Shown: positions 26,722 to 37,713 of the stretch, in pieces
How positions within the stretch are numbered: the stretch's first letter is position 1
Layout of the letters: every line of letters begins with the position of its first letter
From: Callorhinchus milii
Lineage: Eukaryota
Assembly: GCF_018977255.1 (NCBI RefSeq)
Contig: NW_024704742.1
Span: 16,928,001-16,992,000 of the forward strand
Direction: 5' to 3'
DNA length: 64,000 nt
Notes under the pieces: generated by a model
The model's input: the letters and a program-made list of their open reading frames with translations, nothing else
Databases searched by the model: none
What the model was told of the DNA's origin: nothing
Made by a program: the position numbers and the translations under genes

Positions 26722-27150
26722 AATTTGCCTATAAAATACAGTCACCGCAGTAAATCCTGTGAAGCGGTTTGAGATGTGAAATGCACTATATCAAATGCAA
26801 CGATAAATTCTACATGAACCGCATTTATAATAATCGTGCATTTGACAGAGTGCCTTATCATGTTGCCAAGACCTGTCCAAAGATACTCTGTAAAGTGGTT
26901 ACTAGTGATTTGAACACATAGTGTTATGTTCCCCTTCATTTTTACATGTTTATATCAGTGGTAATATGTCATCTTCAAATGCTCGCACAGTTTTAATCTG
27001 GAGGATTTGGATGGGTCAAAGAGACCAGACTGTTGTGCAATGTCACAAAAGATTATTGACGACAACAACAACAACTTGCAATTTAAATAAAAACAGAAGT
27101 CGCTGGGAGCACTCAGCAGGTCAGGCAGCATATATGGAGAAACGAAAGTG

Positions 27151-27187
27151 AGTCAACGTTTCAGGCTCACGACCTTTCATCAGAACT
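27151..27187 (-). ncRNA. Minimal hammerhead ribozyme motif (core intact, weaker stem II)
   Basis: Minus strand agtt-CTGATGA-a-aggtcgtgagcct-GAAAC-GTT-gact. Confidence 0.6.
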
Positions 27188-27552
27188 GGGGTATGTTGGG
27201 ATGGAAAGGCTTTTAAGAGCTAACAGAGAGTGGGAAGGCAGAGCAAGGAAGAAGAAAAAAGGTAGAGGGCAGGGGATGATGGGTTAAACCAACGTTAATG
27301 ATGTAAAACAAAGGTGAATGCAACAAAACAAGGGAATAGAGTGTTAATAATGCAAAACAAAGGGGGTGTAATTGCAACCAAACAAGCAGACCAGAGAGAG
27401 AAAAGGTGTGTCTGGGACCCAATGGTCACAGGGGAGGGGGAAGATGAGCTGTTATGGTCTGAAATTGTTGAAATCAATATTGAGGCCAGAGGGCTGTAAG
27501 GTCCCCAGCAGACAGATGAGGTGTTGTTCTTCGAGCTTGCGCTGTGGCTCAT

Positions 27553-27793
27553 CCTTGGGCAAGTTTCCTTACTCCACACGCCTAATAATAATCCCTCCAA
27601 AAACCCAAAACAGTAATGAAATTGGTCATTTTCAATCTACGACTGTTTGTGGGACATTGCTGTGCGCAATTGGCTGCCGCGTTTGCCCACAAATATACAG
27701 TCAATTCACTTTACAGTGTGGTTTGTGAAGCGCTTTGGGACGTCCTCCCGACGTGAAAAGCGCTATATCAAATGCAAGGATTATTATTATTAT
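27553..27793 (+). mobile_element. Young 5'-truncated SINE nested in the Penelope element
   Basis: ccttgggcaagtttccttactcc...gggacgtcctcccgacgtgaaaagcgctatatcaaatgcaaggattattattat interrupts the GIY-YIG coding remnant. Confidence 0.9.
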
Positions 27794-30700
27794 TGGAACA
27801 GTGTAGGAGACCGTGGATGGAGAGGTCAGAGTGTGAGTGGGAGGGAGAGTTGAAGTAGCAAGAAACCGGAAGCTCAGGGTTGTGCTTGCGGACAGAACAA
27901 ATATCAACAAAATTAGATTTGTAAAGCGCCTTTCACGTCGGGAGGATGTCCCAAGGCGCTGGACAGACAGAGTTACGGGGTGGGGGCGGGCAGGACAAGC
28001 AGGGAGATCAAAAGCACGATCAAAAAGGTGGGTCCCGAAGGTGGAGAGACGGAGGGACTCAGGATGGAGCTCCAGAAGGCAATGGAGGTGTTCGGCAAAT
28101 CGGTCACCCAATCTGCGTTTCATCTCCCCAATGCAGAGGAGAAAGTGCTGGCATTGCATCTCCTGCGCTGGCATGGAAGGGTGCCAGGGGGAGGAGAGCA
28201 ACTGTTGGTGGTGATGGAGGAATGAACCAGGGAGTCACAGAGAGAACAGTCCCTTCGAATGCTGAGAGGGGAGGAGAGGGAAAGATATGTTTAGTGGTTG
28301 GATCATGCTGGAGGTGTCGGAAATGGCAGAGAATTATTTGTTGGCCAACAAATTATTCGAGGAACAGCACCTCATTTATCTGCTAGGGACGTTACAGCCC
28401 TTTGGTCTCAATATTGATTTCAACAATTTCAGACCATAACAGTTCACCTTCCCCCTCTTCTGTGACCATTATCACATCATCTGGATCCCAGACACACCTT
28501 TTCTCTCTCTGGTCTGCTTGTTTGGTTGCAATTACACCCCCTTTGTTTTGCATTATTAACACCTCTATTCACCTGTTTTGTTGTAATCCCCTAGTTTGTT
28601 TTGCATCATTAAACCCTCTGTCACCCATCATCCCCTGTCCTCTATCCTATTTTCCCCTTTGTTTTCCTTGCCCTGCTTCCCCCCTCTCTGCTAGCCCTTA
28701 AAAGCCTCTCCCTCCTAACATGCCCCAGTTCTGACAAATGGTCATAGACTCGAAACGTTGACTCACTTTCGTTTCTCCATATATGCTGCCTGACCTGCTG
28801 AGTGTTCCCAGCGACTTCTGTTTTTGTTTCAGATTTCCAGCATCTGCAGTATTTTGTGTTTTGTAACAACTTGCAATTATATGATGCACGTCAAAACATA
28901 TTCTGGCAAATTGGCTGCCAAGCTCACCCACAAAATACCCACAGTGACACCACATTACAGTATATCCTGTGAAACACTTTGTGAAGTTTCCACAACATGA
29001 TAAGGCACTATATAAAAACATTGGTCAGCCAGGTGTCTTGACACATGCAGAAACCCATCACCATGCGTAAGAGTATCCAAACCAAACTGAAAATTCCATG
29101 GATCACACCCACACATAGAAATTCCAGAGATAGATTATTATAAACCCATGTTTCAAACTATTATTGCGGATATGCATACTTTAGTCTCGAGGTGGCATCA
29201 TAACAGAAAGTCCCATATGAAACCTGGAATTTGGATGATTTGTAACATAGGAGAACCCAACTATAATGGTTGTTTTGGTTCCATAAACCCAAGCATCATG
29301 TTATAATGGGGCACAAAGCTAAAATAACCACAGCAACATCATGTTTGTTCGTGGATGCAGTGCAGGAAACACAGTTGGTGCTATTTCCTAAAAATGGCCA
29401 CTGCTGTCATCACTTCCAATGTATTGCATATGCAAGAAGCACGCGGAAAATACAGATGATACCAGTTTCTTAGCATACAACACACAGGGACACTGGCAAC
29501 CACAGTCACAGGTCCAGTGAACAATGTAATTCACACAATAACAAAACATGTTATAACCGGGTCATCCTTTAAATAAACAGGGGCTTCTATTCATTAATCA
29601 CTGGACTAGGTGAGATTGGCTTTCAGGAATGAAAAAGATTTAACTGTTTGCAGGCTAATGTGTTCAAAGAGTTCAGATTTCACAACCTTTAAATCATTGG
29701 TGATTAATAATACATACTACCACTAGATGACAGTATAATACTTTTAAACAGTCCACTGGGCTTAACATTACTGAGAAGTGCTGTTAAAAGGTGACACGGC
29801 AAGATACCAGAGTGTGCCTGGGGAACAGCTACTACAGAAAAGAACTTAAATTTTTATAGTATCTTACCATATCAAAACAGTGATTATTGTCATGTCAGGT
29901 TTAATAACAATAGCAGCTAATTCCACAGGAAAAGTCCCACAAACACGTCAGAACTGTTAAGCACTAAATATAAATTTATATACATGTCAATTATATATAA
30001 ATTGTAAATTTATATCCTCCTTAGGGATAGAGAAATGCGGGAAGAAAGAGCATTCCATTCCAACAACTATCTCTAAAATTTCCATGTGTAGGTGGGATGG
30101 ATGGATCTCTCAGTTTGGTTTTGATGCTTTTAAGCGTGGTAATGGCTTTCCGCAGCTGTCAGACACCTGGATGACCAAACAAAACGTAAATCTGGATTGT
30201 ATTTTATTGTATAGACAGACATGAGATGAATGACTGCTTAATCTGGAGGATTGTTGACCAGGACAGTATATAAAAAATAAATAAAATAATTATCGTTACA
30301 TTTGATATAATGCCTTTCAAAGTATTTCTCAGAATATGATGCAAAGTGGAGTGACTGTCTATGCCATGGGTGAATAGTTAACAAGTTTACAAAAGAAGTG
30401 GAGGGAAGAAATTGGAAGGGGAGCAATTACCAGACTAAAGCATATAAAAGTATAAAATAGGGAAGGACAAATAAACATATAAAAGAATAAAATATTCTGC
30501 CAGAAATTTGTACATCTATTTTTAAAAAAAGTCTTGTAACCTGAAAGTCAAGCTGAACTAAAGGTTATTAGTTTGCAAAGGAACAACTTTTAGCTGAAAA
30601 TGTTTGTGTTTACAGAATATTGTGAGTTCCTCTTTAGACGTATAATCGATTTCCCACAACTTCTGATACGCTTGAAAACTTAAGAGAAAAACATGTGTAG

Positions 30701-30902
30701 GCTTCAGTACAATATCCCTCTGTATCCCAACACTTACGCAACAAAAGGATAGTTCACTACAGTTAAAGCACAGTTACATTCATATAGCGTCTTTCACCTT
30801 GCAGAACATCTCAAAGTGCTTTACCCTGCTGGCTGGATGCCCAAGCCCTGGATTGGGGGGAATCATGATCATTTTAAATAAATCTGAAATACTTTTAAAT
30901 AA

Positions 30903-31048
30903 AACACAAAATACTGCAGATGCTGGAAATCTGAAACAAAAACAGAAGTCGCTGAAAACACTCAGCAGGTCAGGCAGAATCTATTGAGAAAGGAAAATCA
31001 GGTCAACGTTTCGAGTCCACGACCCTTCATCAGAACCAGTTCTGTTTT
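30903..31048 (-). mobile_element. Short non-autonomous Penelope terminal-repeat insertion
   Basis: Same sequence as the 28727-28864 terminus, reverse strand; atacttttaaataa at 30889-30902 and 31049-31062. Confidence 0.85.
31001..31037 (-). ncRNA. Minimal type-I hammerhead ribozyme motif (intact core)
   Basis: Minus strand ggtt-CTGATGA-a-gggtc(gtg)gactc-GAAAC-GTT-gacc: both catalytic boxes, 5-bp stem II, 4-bp stem I and a palindromic AACGTT in place of helix III. Confidence 0.7.
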
Positions 31049-33187
31049 ATACTTTTAAATAAGTCTGAAATAAAACTGACAGCAAAATGCTAGCAATCCA
31101 CATAATATAAATCTGCATCAAAAAGAGGAAGCCAGTTTGTTGTGATTAATTCGACCTGAATCCTTCACCTATTGTGATACAATATGATACAATTTACATT
31201 TATATAGCATGTCTCACGAGGAGAGGATGTGTCAAGGTGTTTTAGATTGTTGGCTGGGCATCTGAGCTCGGGGTGGGGGCCAAATTGGGTAGGGAGGGGA
31301 AAGATGACCAAAAACATGGTCAAAGAGGTACATCTTGATACAGATTAACCTGCTGTGGATCTCCAACATTTCCTGTTTTCATCCCAATGAACTAACATTC
31401 TAGTTGTTATCGGAGGATCAGAGTGTTAAATGGCTTTTTCACCAAAGCAAGTATCAAATTAGCATCTGTAAAGGTCAGGATGGGCTCATTATTGACACCA
31501 ATTAATCTAATTGTGGGAGCATGGAATGTGATGCTGCAAATACAGGAAGTGTTTTTTGTTGTGATACACTTTTACCAAATAAGTTTCTGTAAGAAATAAG
31601 TAGGGGACAATTCAACCTTCCAAAATGCACTTAATACAGGAATAGAGCAATTGGGGCTTGTGTAAACCATCAATTATACTGCGGGATACTGGTCTGGCAC
31701 TAGTACATTCAATAAAACAGGAGGCAGAAATGCTGAATGTAGTATTGCGAAAGAAAAGCTCTGTGCACACACCTTTCAAAAGCTTTATTTTGGTCAGCCG
31801 GTTGTCTGACACATGTGGAAACCCATCACCGTGCTTAAGAGTATCCAAACCAAACTGAAAATTATATACATCCCACCTACACATGGAAATTCCAGAGATG
31901 TTTATTGGAATAGAATGCGTACTTTCTCCCTGGAGGGAAACATCCTGCTTACCTAATTCCGAAAAGCATTAGGCACAGGTTGGCAAGAGCCAATGCTTTA
32001 GGGACCCGAGAGTGTGCGTTTGGATATAGCTGGAGTCTAACCAGCTAAATCTAAACCTTAAATTCTTGTACCAGTATCTCAGAGCTGGCAAAAGGTTTAA
32101 TTTTTAGTAGCACAGTAAACCCTAGATCCATGGAACTTACAACATTGACCATGATGTTTTCCAGCTGGGGTGCGGGTAATAATAATAATCCTTGAATTTG
32201 ATATAGTCATATCACATTCTCAAAATATCTCAAAGCACTTTCCAGGAATTACTAAAGTGTAGTGACTACTTGTAGGCAAATGCAGCAGCAATTTGCATTG
32301 TACACTGTTGCCAACCTGCACCTAATATTTTCCGAATTAGATAAGCAGGATGCAACCCTCCAGGGAGGGAGTGCACATTCTATTGCAACAAATATCTCTG
32401 GAATTTCCATGTGCAAGTGGGATGCATGGGAATCTCAGCTTGGTTTGGATACTCTAAAGCATGATTGGTTTCCGCATGTGTCAGACACCCAGTTGATCTC
32501 AAAAAATTGAGGGGAAGAAGTAGGCTGAGCTCAGCCATCAGCTTCAGTTTCACATGTTTAGCTGTAAGTTGTGTTGGATCTAACACTGAAGAGAATAAAG
32601 GTCTCCTTCACAATAGGAGAAGCAACCCACAAGTAATTGATCATGGAATTTATAGCACAGTGAGACAATACTGTGTCCATTAACCCTGTGCTGCTATCTC
32701 CTTTATTAAAGCTATCTGCTCTGATCTCAATTTCATGCACCCTCCCATACTCTTTCTCCCTGAAGGGAAACATCCTGCTTACCTAATTCCGAAAAGCATT
32801 AGGCACAGGTTGGCAAGAGCCAATGCTTTAGGGACCCGAGAGTGTGGATTCAAATAATAATCCAAAAGTAGGTGATAATTTATATATGCTTCACAGTTAC
32901 TTGCCTTGTCATGTCAGGAGTGTCTCAAAGCTCTTCACAAATACTCTGTGAAGAGTTTTGAGATGTTCCCTGACATGACAAGACACAATTTCAAGCATAA
33001 CATTATTCTAATAATTGCTAGGTGAAACAAATCCTGTTACACAAAACATTAAAGAACTCAAGATGGTTTCAGCTTCAAAAGTCAAATAAAATGGTAGGAA
33101 AGCACATTACATCTTTACTTCATATATATCTGAGACATACACTTCTAAGTGATACCTTCTAAATTCCCAGCACCTATCTGCACTTAC

Positions 33188-33401
33188 CTGTGGAGTGGGT
33201 AGCCTGGAAACCTTTCCTTTGTACCGATGCATCCGAAATGAATCCAATGAACATTTTGTTTGTGGTCGAGAGGACTGGATCTGGCATTTTGCTGCCACAG
33301 AATCGCCCCAGAATTGGATATTTATCAGACTCTCCGTCAAACACTTCCAGATGATCGTAAGCACATTCCTGGTGTTGTTCAATGTCAAACTCGTTGAAAG
33401 T
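33188..33401 (-). CDS. TLL1: TLL1 coding exon, CUB4 C-terminal part (214 nt)
   Basis: Manual translation [71 protein letters not shown]; acceptor gttttcCAG, donor G|GTaagt; phase 0-1. Confidence 0.95.
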
Positions 33402-33644
33402 CTGGAAAACATTGACAAGATAGGAGGTGAAATTTTTTTTCCTCTGGTAAACATACTATACAATGTATATTTTAGTTTTAATCCTTAACATGTGTGTCAA
33501 GAGTTGAGGAAAGTGGCAGAAGTGAACTGGTAAGACAGATGTGCCAATATGGTCCAGTTGGCATCCTCTGTGTCTGAAGGTTGTAGGGTCAAGCCCACAG
33601 TCAGGATTGCACTTCACAGTTGAGGCTTATGTCTGATCCAAGCT

Positions 33645-34045
33645 CCCCCCAAATGATTCTTTCAGTTTATCCAGTGAGTAGCTGAAACGTATAATCTAGC
33701 AACGCTTTAGGTTTAATTGATCTATGTTGAGTGAACTGTTGTCAGATGGGGAATAATAATCTTTGCATTTATTAGCTGGGGATAAGGAAGAGGGGAATAA
33801 AGAGGAGAACATCAATTTGGCTTCCTGCTTCTGATCACTACCAAGCGACTTCCAGTGGAATGTTTGTGCGTGTGGATCTTGGGTCAGAACAGAACCTGGC
33901 TTCAGCTGAGATGCCCCAATAGTCTGCCTACATGCAAAACTTACACATGAAGAATAGAGACTGAGTGAAGCGCCAGCGGAAGCACATCAATAGTAAAGAG
34001 AAATAGGAGCTAAAGCATCTTCAGGAGAAGAGGGCAAATTTTTTA
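33645..34045 (+). mobile_element. Ancient decayed SINE-like family (other copies ~4870-5310 minus, 7510-8260, 10670-10950, 16480-16790, 19040-19340, 41190-41830)
   Basis: Recurrent motifs ggcttcctgcttctgatcact, gtgtgga..t.gggt.ag.acag.a, cacatgaagaat and ggagaaaattgg; tRNA-like A and B boxes visible at 41195-41272. Confidence 0.55.
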
Positions 34046-35133
34046 TGACTGTCTCAAAGAATGTTCTGCCTACCTGACACAGATCATAGCTTAGGAACTT
34101 GTAACTCAGCATGTTTTCAGAAAGTTGCTAACACAAGCCACACATTTCAGAGCTAGATCGTAATTAGTTTCTCACTTATTTTGTACAACAACAACCATAA
34201 ATTACATTTGTGTAGCACCTTTCACCTCGGGAGGATGTCCCAAGCCACTGGACAGTCAGGATTTAAAGTCAGGATTCTTCAGTCCTTGGTAATTTAGCCA
34301 GATACCAGGTGGTGTTTATTTACATAGTGGACATTAAAGAGGAAGCTAGATATACACATTAGGAAGAAGGGAATAGAAGGTAAAGATGGGAGTAAGGAGT
34401 AGATGGAGACTCAATTGGAGTATAGCAATCTGACGCAAATTAGTTGGGCTGATTTTCCTGTTTCTGTGTTGTACGCTCTATGTAAATATGTAAAATCTAA
34501 CAAAGGAAATGGGTTACCAGCAAAATTGATTGTGGACAAGATGCTGGTCTCATTTGCAAAACATGCTTAATTCTGGAATGGAAATATGGTAGGGTGGGGT
34601 GAGATCGAATGGGCCAAAAAGTCTTCTTTATCCAAAACTGTCTTTTGATGTTGCTTGCAAATGAATAAGTAAGATTTGTTCATGAGTGAAGTGAGCCTTG
34701 TCCAGTTCATCCTTCAGCCCAAAACTTTAGAGAAATCTCTAACAATTCTCTGGGGTTAAGCCTGTGGTGTCTTGTAATGAGATTTTATATTTTAAAGTTT
34801 CAGATTAAATAGGCTTACTTACTCAATGAAAATGTTTTAAACGTGATGGGTTGGAGAGATTTATTTTTTCAACACAAGCTATTTATTGTTGCTCCCAATC
34901 CCTAATCACTTCCAAAGCTCCATGATTGAATCAGAGCTAAAGTACTAAATAAGCCATAATCATGGATTTTGATCTTCACTATCAAAATTGAAAATCAAAA
35001 CATTCAAAAGTGTCTGATTCAAAATGAGATATCTTGTAAGTGAAACTTTGGTGTAATCTTAACTTTTCACTTACAATTTCACTGATTGTTTTTATATAGA
35101 TAATAAAATGTTATCTTTCTTCCTTAATCATTT

Positions 35134-35905
35134 GTCAGCTTGGCTCAATTGGTAACATTGGTAACACTCTCACCTATGGGTGAGAAGGTTATGGGTTCAA
35201 GTCCTGTGTCTTGAGGACTTTGAGCCAGGTCTGCACCAGAGGTAGTCACCCCATGGCCTGTGGGCCAAAAGTGGCCCACAAGGCCATCAAGAAGTGGCTC
35301 ACCAAACATTTGCACAAATCTAGGCGAGTCTGTTTTAAATCACTGTTTTTTTCCAGTTGCTGCTGTGTGGCGAGGGTTATGGAGTGGCCATAAATCAAGA
35401 AGTATTCAATCAAGAAAATGTATTTGTTTGGCTGATCAAAAAGGTTGGCCACCACAGTTCTAGGCTGACATTCCAGTGCATTGTTCGGGGAGTACAGCAT
35501 TGTCAGAGATGCCTTCCTTCAGATGAAATAATTTCGCCCGCAAAACACAGTCACTACACTTTACAGTATATTCTGTGAAGTGCTTTGAGATGTCTCAAAG
35601 TTGTGATAAGATGCTAATATCAAATGCAAGGATTATTATTATTGGATTATTATAAACCAATGTCTCATCTGCTTGTTAAAGTGGACATTCACGATCCTAT
35701 AAAACTATTCAAAAAGAGATGATAATTACTCCCAGTATCCTGGCCAATAATCTAGAGAAATGTATTTGCCTCCTGGCTGTTTGTGGGACATTGCTATGCA
35801 GAAAGTGGTTGTTGTATTTGCCTATAAATACGCAATCATTATACTTAACAGCAAGTGCTATGATGTGCTTTGAGACATTTCAACACGATAAGCTGCTGTA
35901 GCAAA
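35134..35905 (+). mobile_element. Older DeuSINE-like element with nested small DNA element (35237-35457) and SINE tail (35530-35645)
   Basis: Head tggctcaattggtaacactctcacc...gggttcaagtcc, body ctaggctgacattccagtgca...cagtatcctggccaata...gctgtttgtgggac; a homologous minus-strand copy lies at ~57310-57730. Confidence 0.7.
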
Positions 35906-37713
35906 GTCAATGATTTTTAAAATTATTATTTTGCCCAAAGCTTCACATATGCTATCATTTATTGTACCTTGAATGCTCAGCAGCCTTCACAATGAAAACA
36001 GACGAAGAAAACTTCAAACAGTTAAAGATTAATGACATTGGTTGCTGATAGCATTCAGTTATAGGGAGTGAAATTCCACCTGATCCTCAATGTGCTTTCT
36101 TAACATTTCGGAGTGTCTAGAATCTGGCAAGTTCTACAGTCTTCATTTTAGAATTTTTTTCTGTCAGTTCTTTTAAGAAATACAAAAAAAATTGAAAGTC
36201 AAGATTGAATTCAGCAATTTGCCAAGCTCTGCCCACTCTGAAATGCCAAGTAAATAGCGTAAATTTCTCCCCCACATCTGATATGTGCTGATCACAAATA
36301 GGAGCAACATTTTCGTTAAATGTGTATAATGGGAAACAAGATCACAAGATAGGTTCAGATGAAGAAGACCCTTCAGCCTATTTGATCTCAACGTGGAAAG
36401 AAAGATCAACAGTATTAGCAACGGGTGCTATGACAGACTGTCATGGCGTTAATGATGCATCAAAACCTTTACTGCTCTGCATAAAAGCCATCAGGTGGAA
36501 TATACTATTTTCCTTATGTTTTAAAATGTCAGATGGATAGATACAGAAGTGTCCGTGTTTGAAGATAGAGCAATACAAATATTTTAGCTAATCTGAAATT
36601 ACAAAGAAAATAAATGCTAAAGGGAGGAATGAAAATATTAATCTTTGTAACTCTTTGCTTTCTTTTGACTACAACAGGTGGTTAAACAATTTAATGGAAG
36701 GATCAGAGTAATTTCTGCCTGTGATGATATATACACTAGTCTTGTATCTAAAGCACACTAAAGATAAAAATGATGCCAAATGTGTAACAAGAGTTATAAA
36801 AGTGAACAAATTGTTGATTTGGTCTACTCCTCAGAGATTACATTATTTTCGAAAGGGTTATGGAATAGGAATGCATAGGAATGTATAGGGCCCTGATAAG
36901 AACAATGTGGTCCCTCTGGCTGATCCCAATATACTTTTTTAAAAAATAACCCTCACTACTCATACTCCCGCGCTACTCATATATTTCCTACTCCTCAATT
37001 ACATTAACAACTGGCATTGATATAAAGGCCTTTTTCAAATTACTTAGGATAGTCCTTCTCCACATCTATTTATATCTGTCTCTCCTCCTTTCACCTTTCA
37101 ACTTCTATTTAAGTACTTTTTTTTAATAGTCTTAGGCGATTCAGCCATGTTACATGTCTGACCTTTCTTGTTGAAGTGGACTGCGATCTACATTTGATGA
37201 TCCTGTCTCTTCATGTAATTTGCAAGAATTTTTTCAAGCGCTTATGTGTCAGTGTTTCAGTAATTAGCTGTGTCTCCCAGCAGGAGACCAGGGCTGGACT
37301 CCACATTGCCATCAAATATTCTCAATTTAGTTTTGAGGCTAACCTCGTAAGCTTTCTCGAACGTAAATAATTCAGGGTTAGATAAAGGCATCCTCCACAA
37401 ACCATCATGGGTTCAATACAAGAACCACATCTCCAAACAGGGACAGCCTATTTCCTCAGCGTTAGGGAGTCCCTTTGAGAATTTTTGCTGGAATGTCAAG
37501 TGGCTTGTCTTGTGACACAGCATGTAATTGCGTCCTTTGCTCTGTATATGTAGGACTGAAGAACGTGACACGCGGGAGGGTTTAAAAAAAAAGCAACATC
37601 CGATGCGATAATTAACAAGCACTGGTACTAATCATCACATGGTTAGGATATTCAGTCTTGGCGATATCGTAGATGAAGGTGAACAAATTCCTAACCCCCA
37701 CCACACACACACA

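Larger units (their letters stand above)
27084..28864 (-). mobile_element. Penelope-like element (GIY-YIG) remnant with inverted terminal repeat, nested insertions and a 14-bp TSD
   Basis: Minus-strand remnants QQIILCHFRHLQHDPTTKHIF, CIGEMKRRLGDRFAEHL and KLEEQHLICLLGTLQPSGLNIDFNNFRP*; 28357-28864 is an inverted copy of 27084-27535; aacaacttgcaatt at 27070-27083 and 28865-28878. Confidence 0.88.

Noticed and set aside
28727..28763. Additional hammerhead copies at 28727-28763 and both arms of 56121-56190 as active ribozymes
   Set aside because: The core box reads CTGACAA rather than CTGANGA, and the 56 kb copies also have altered GAAAC/GTT regions, so they are probably inactive.
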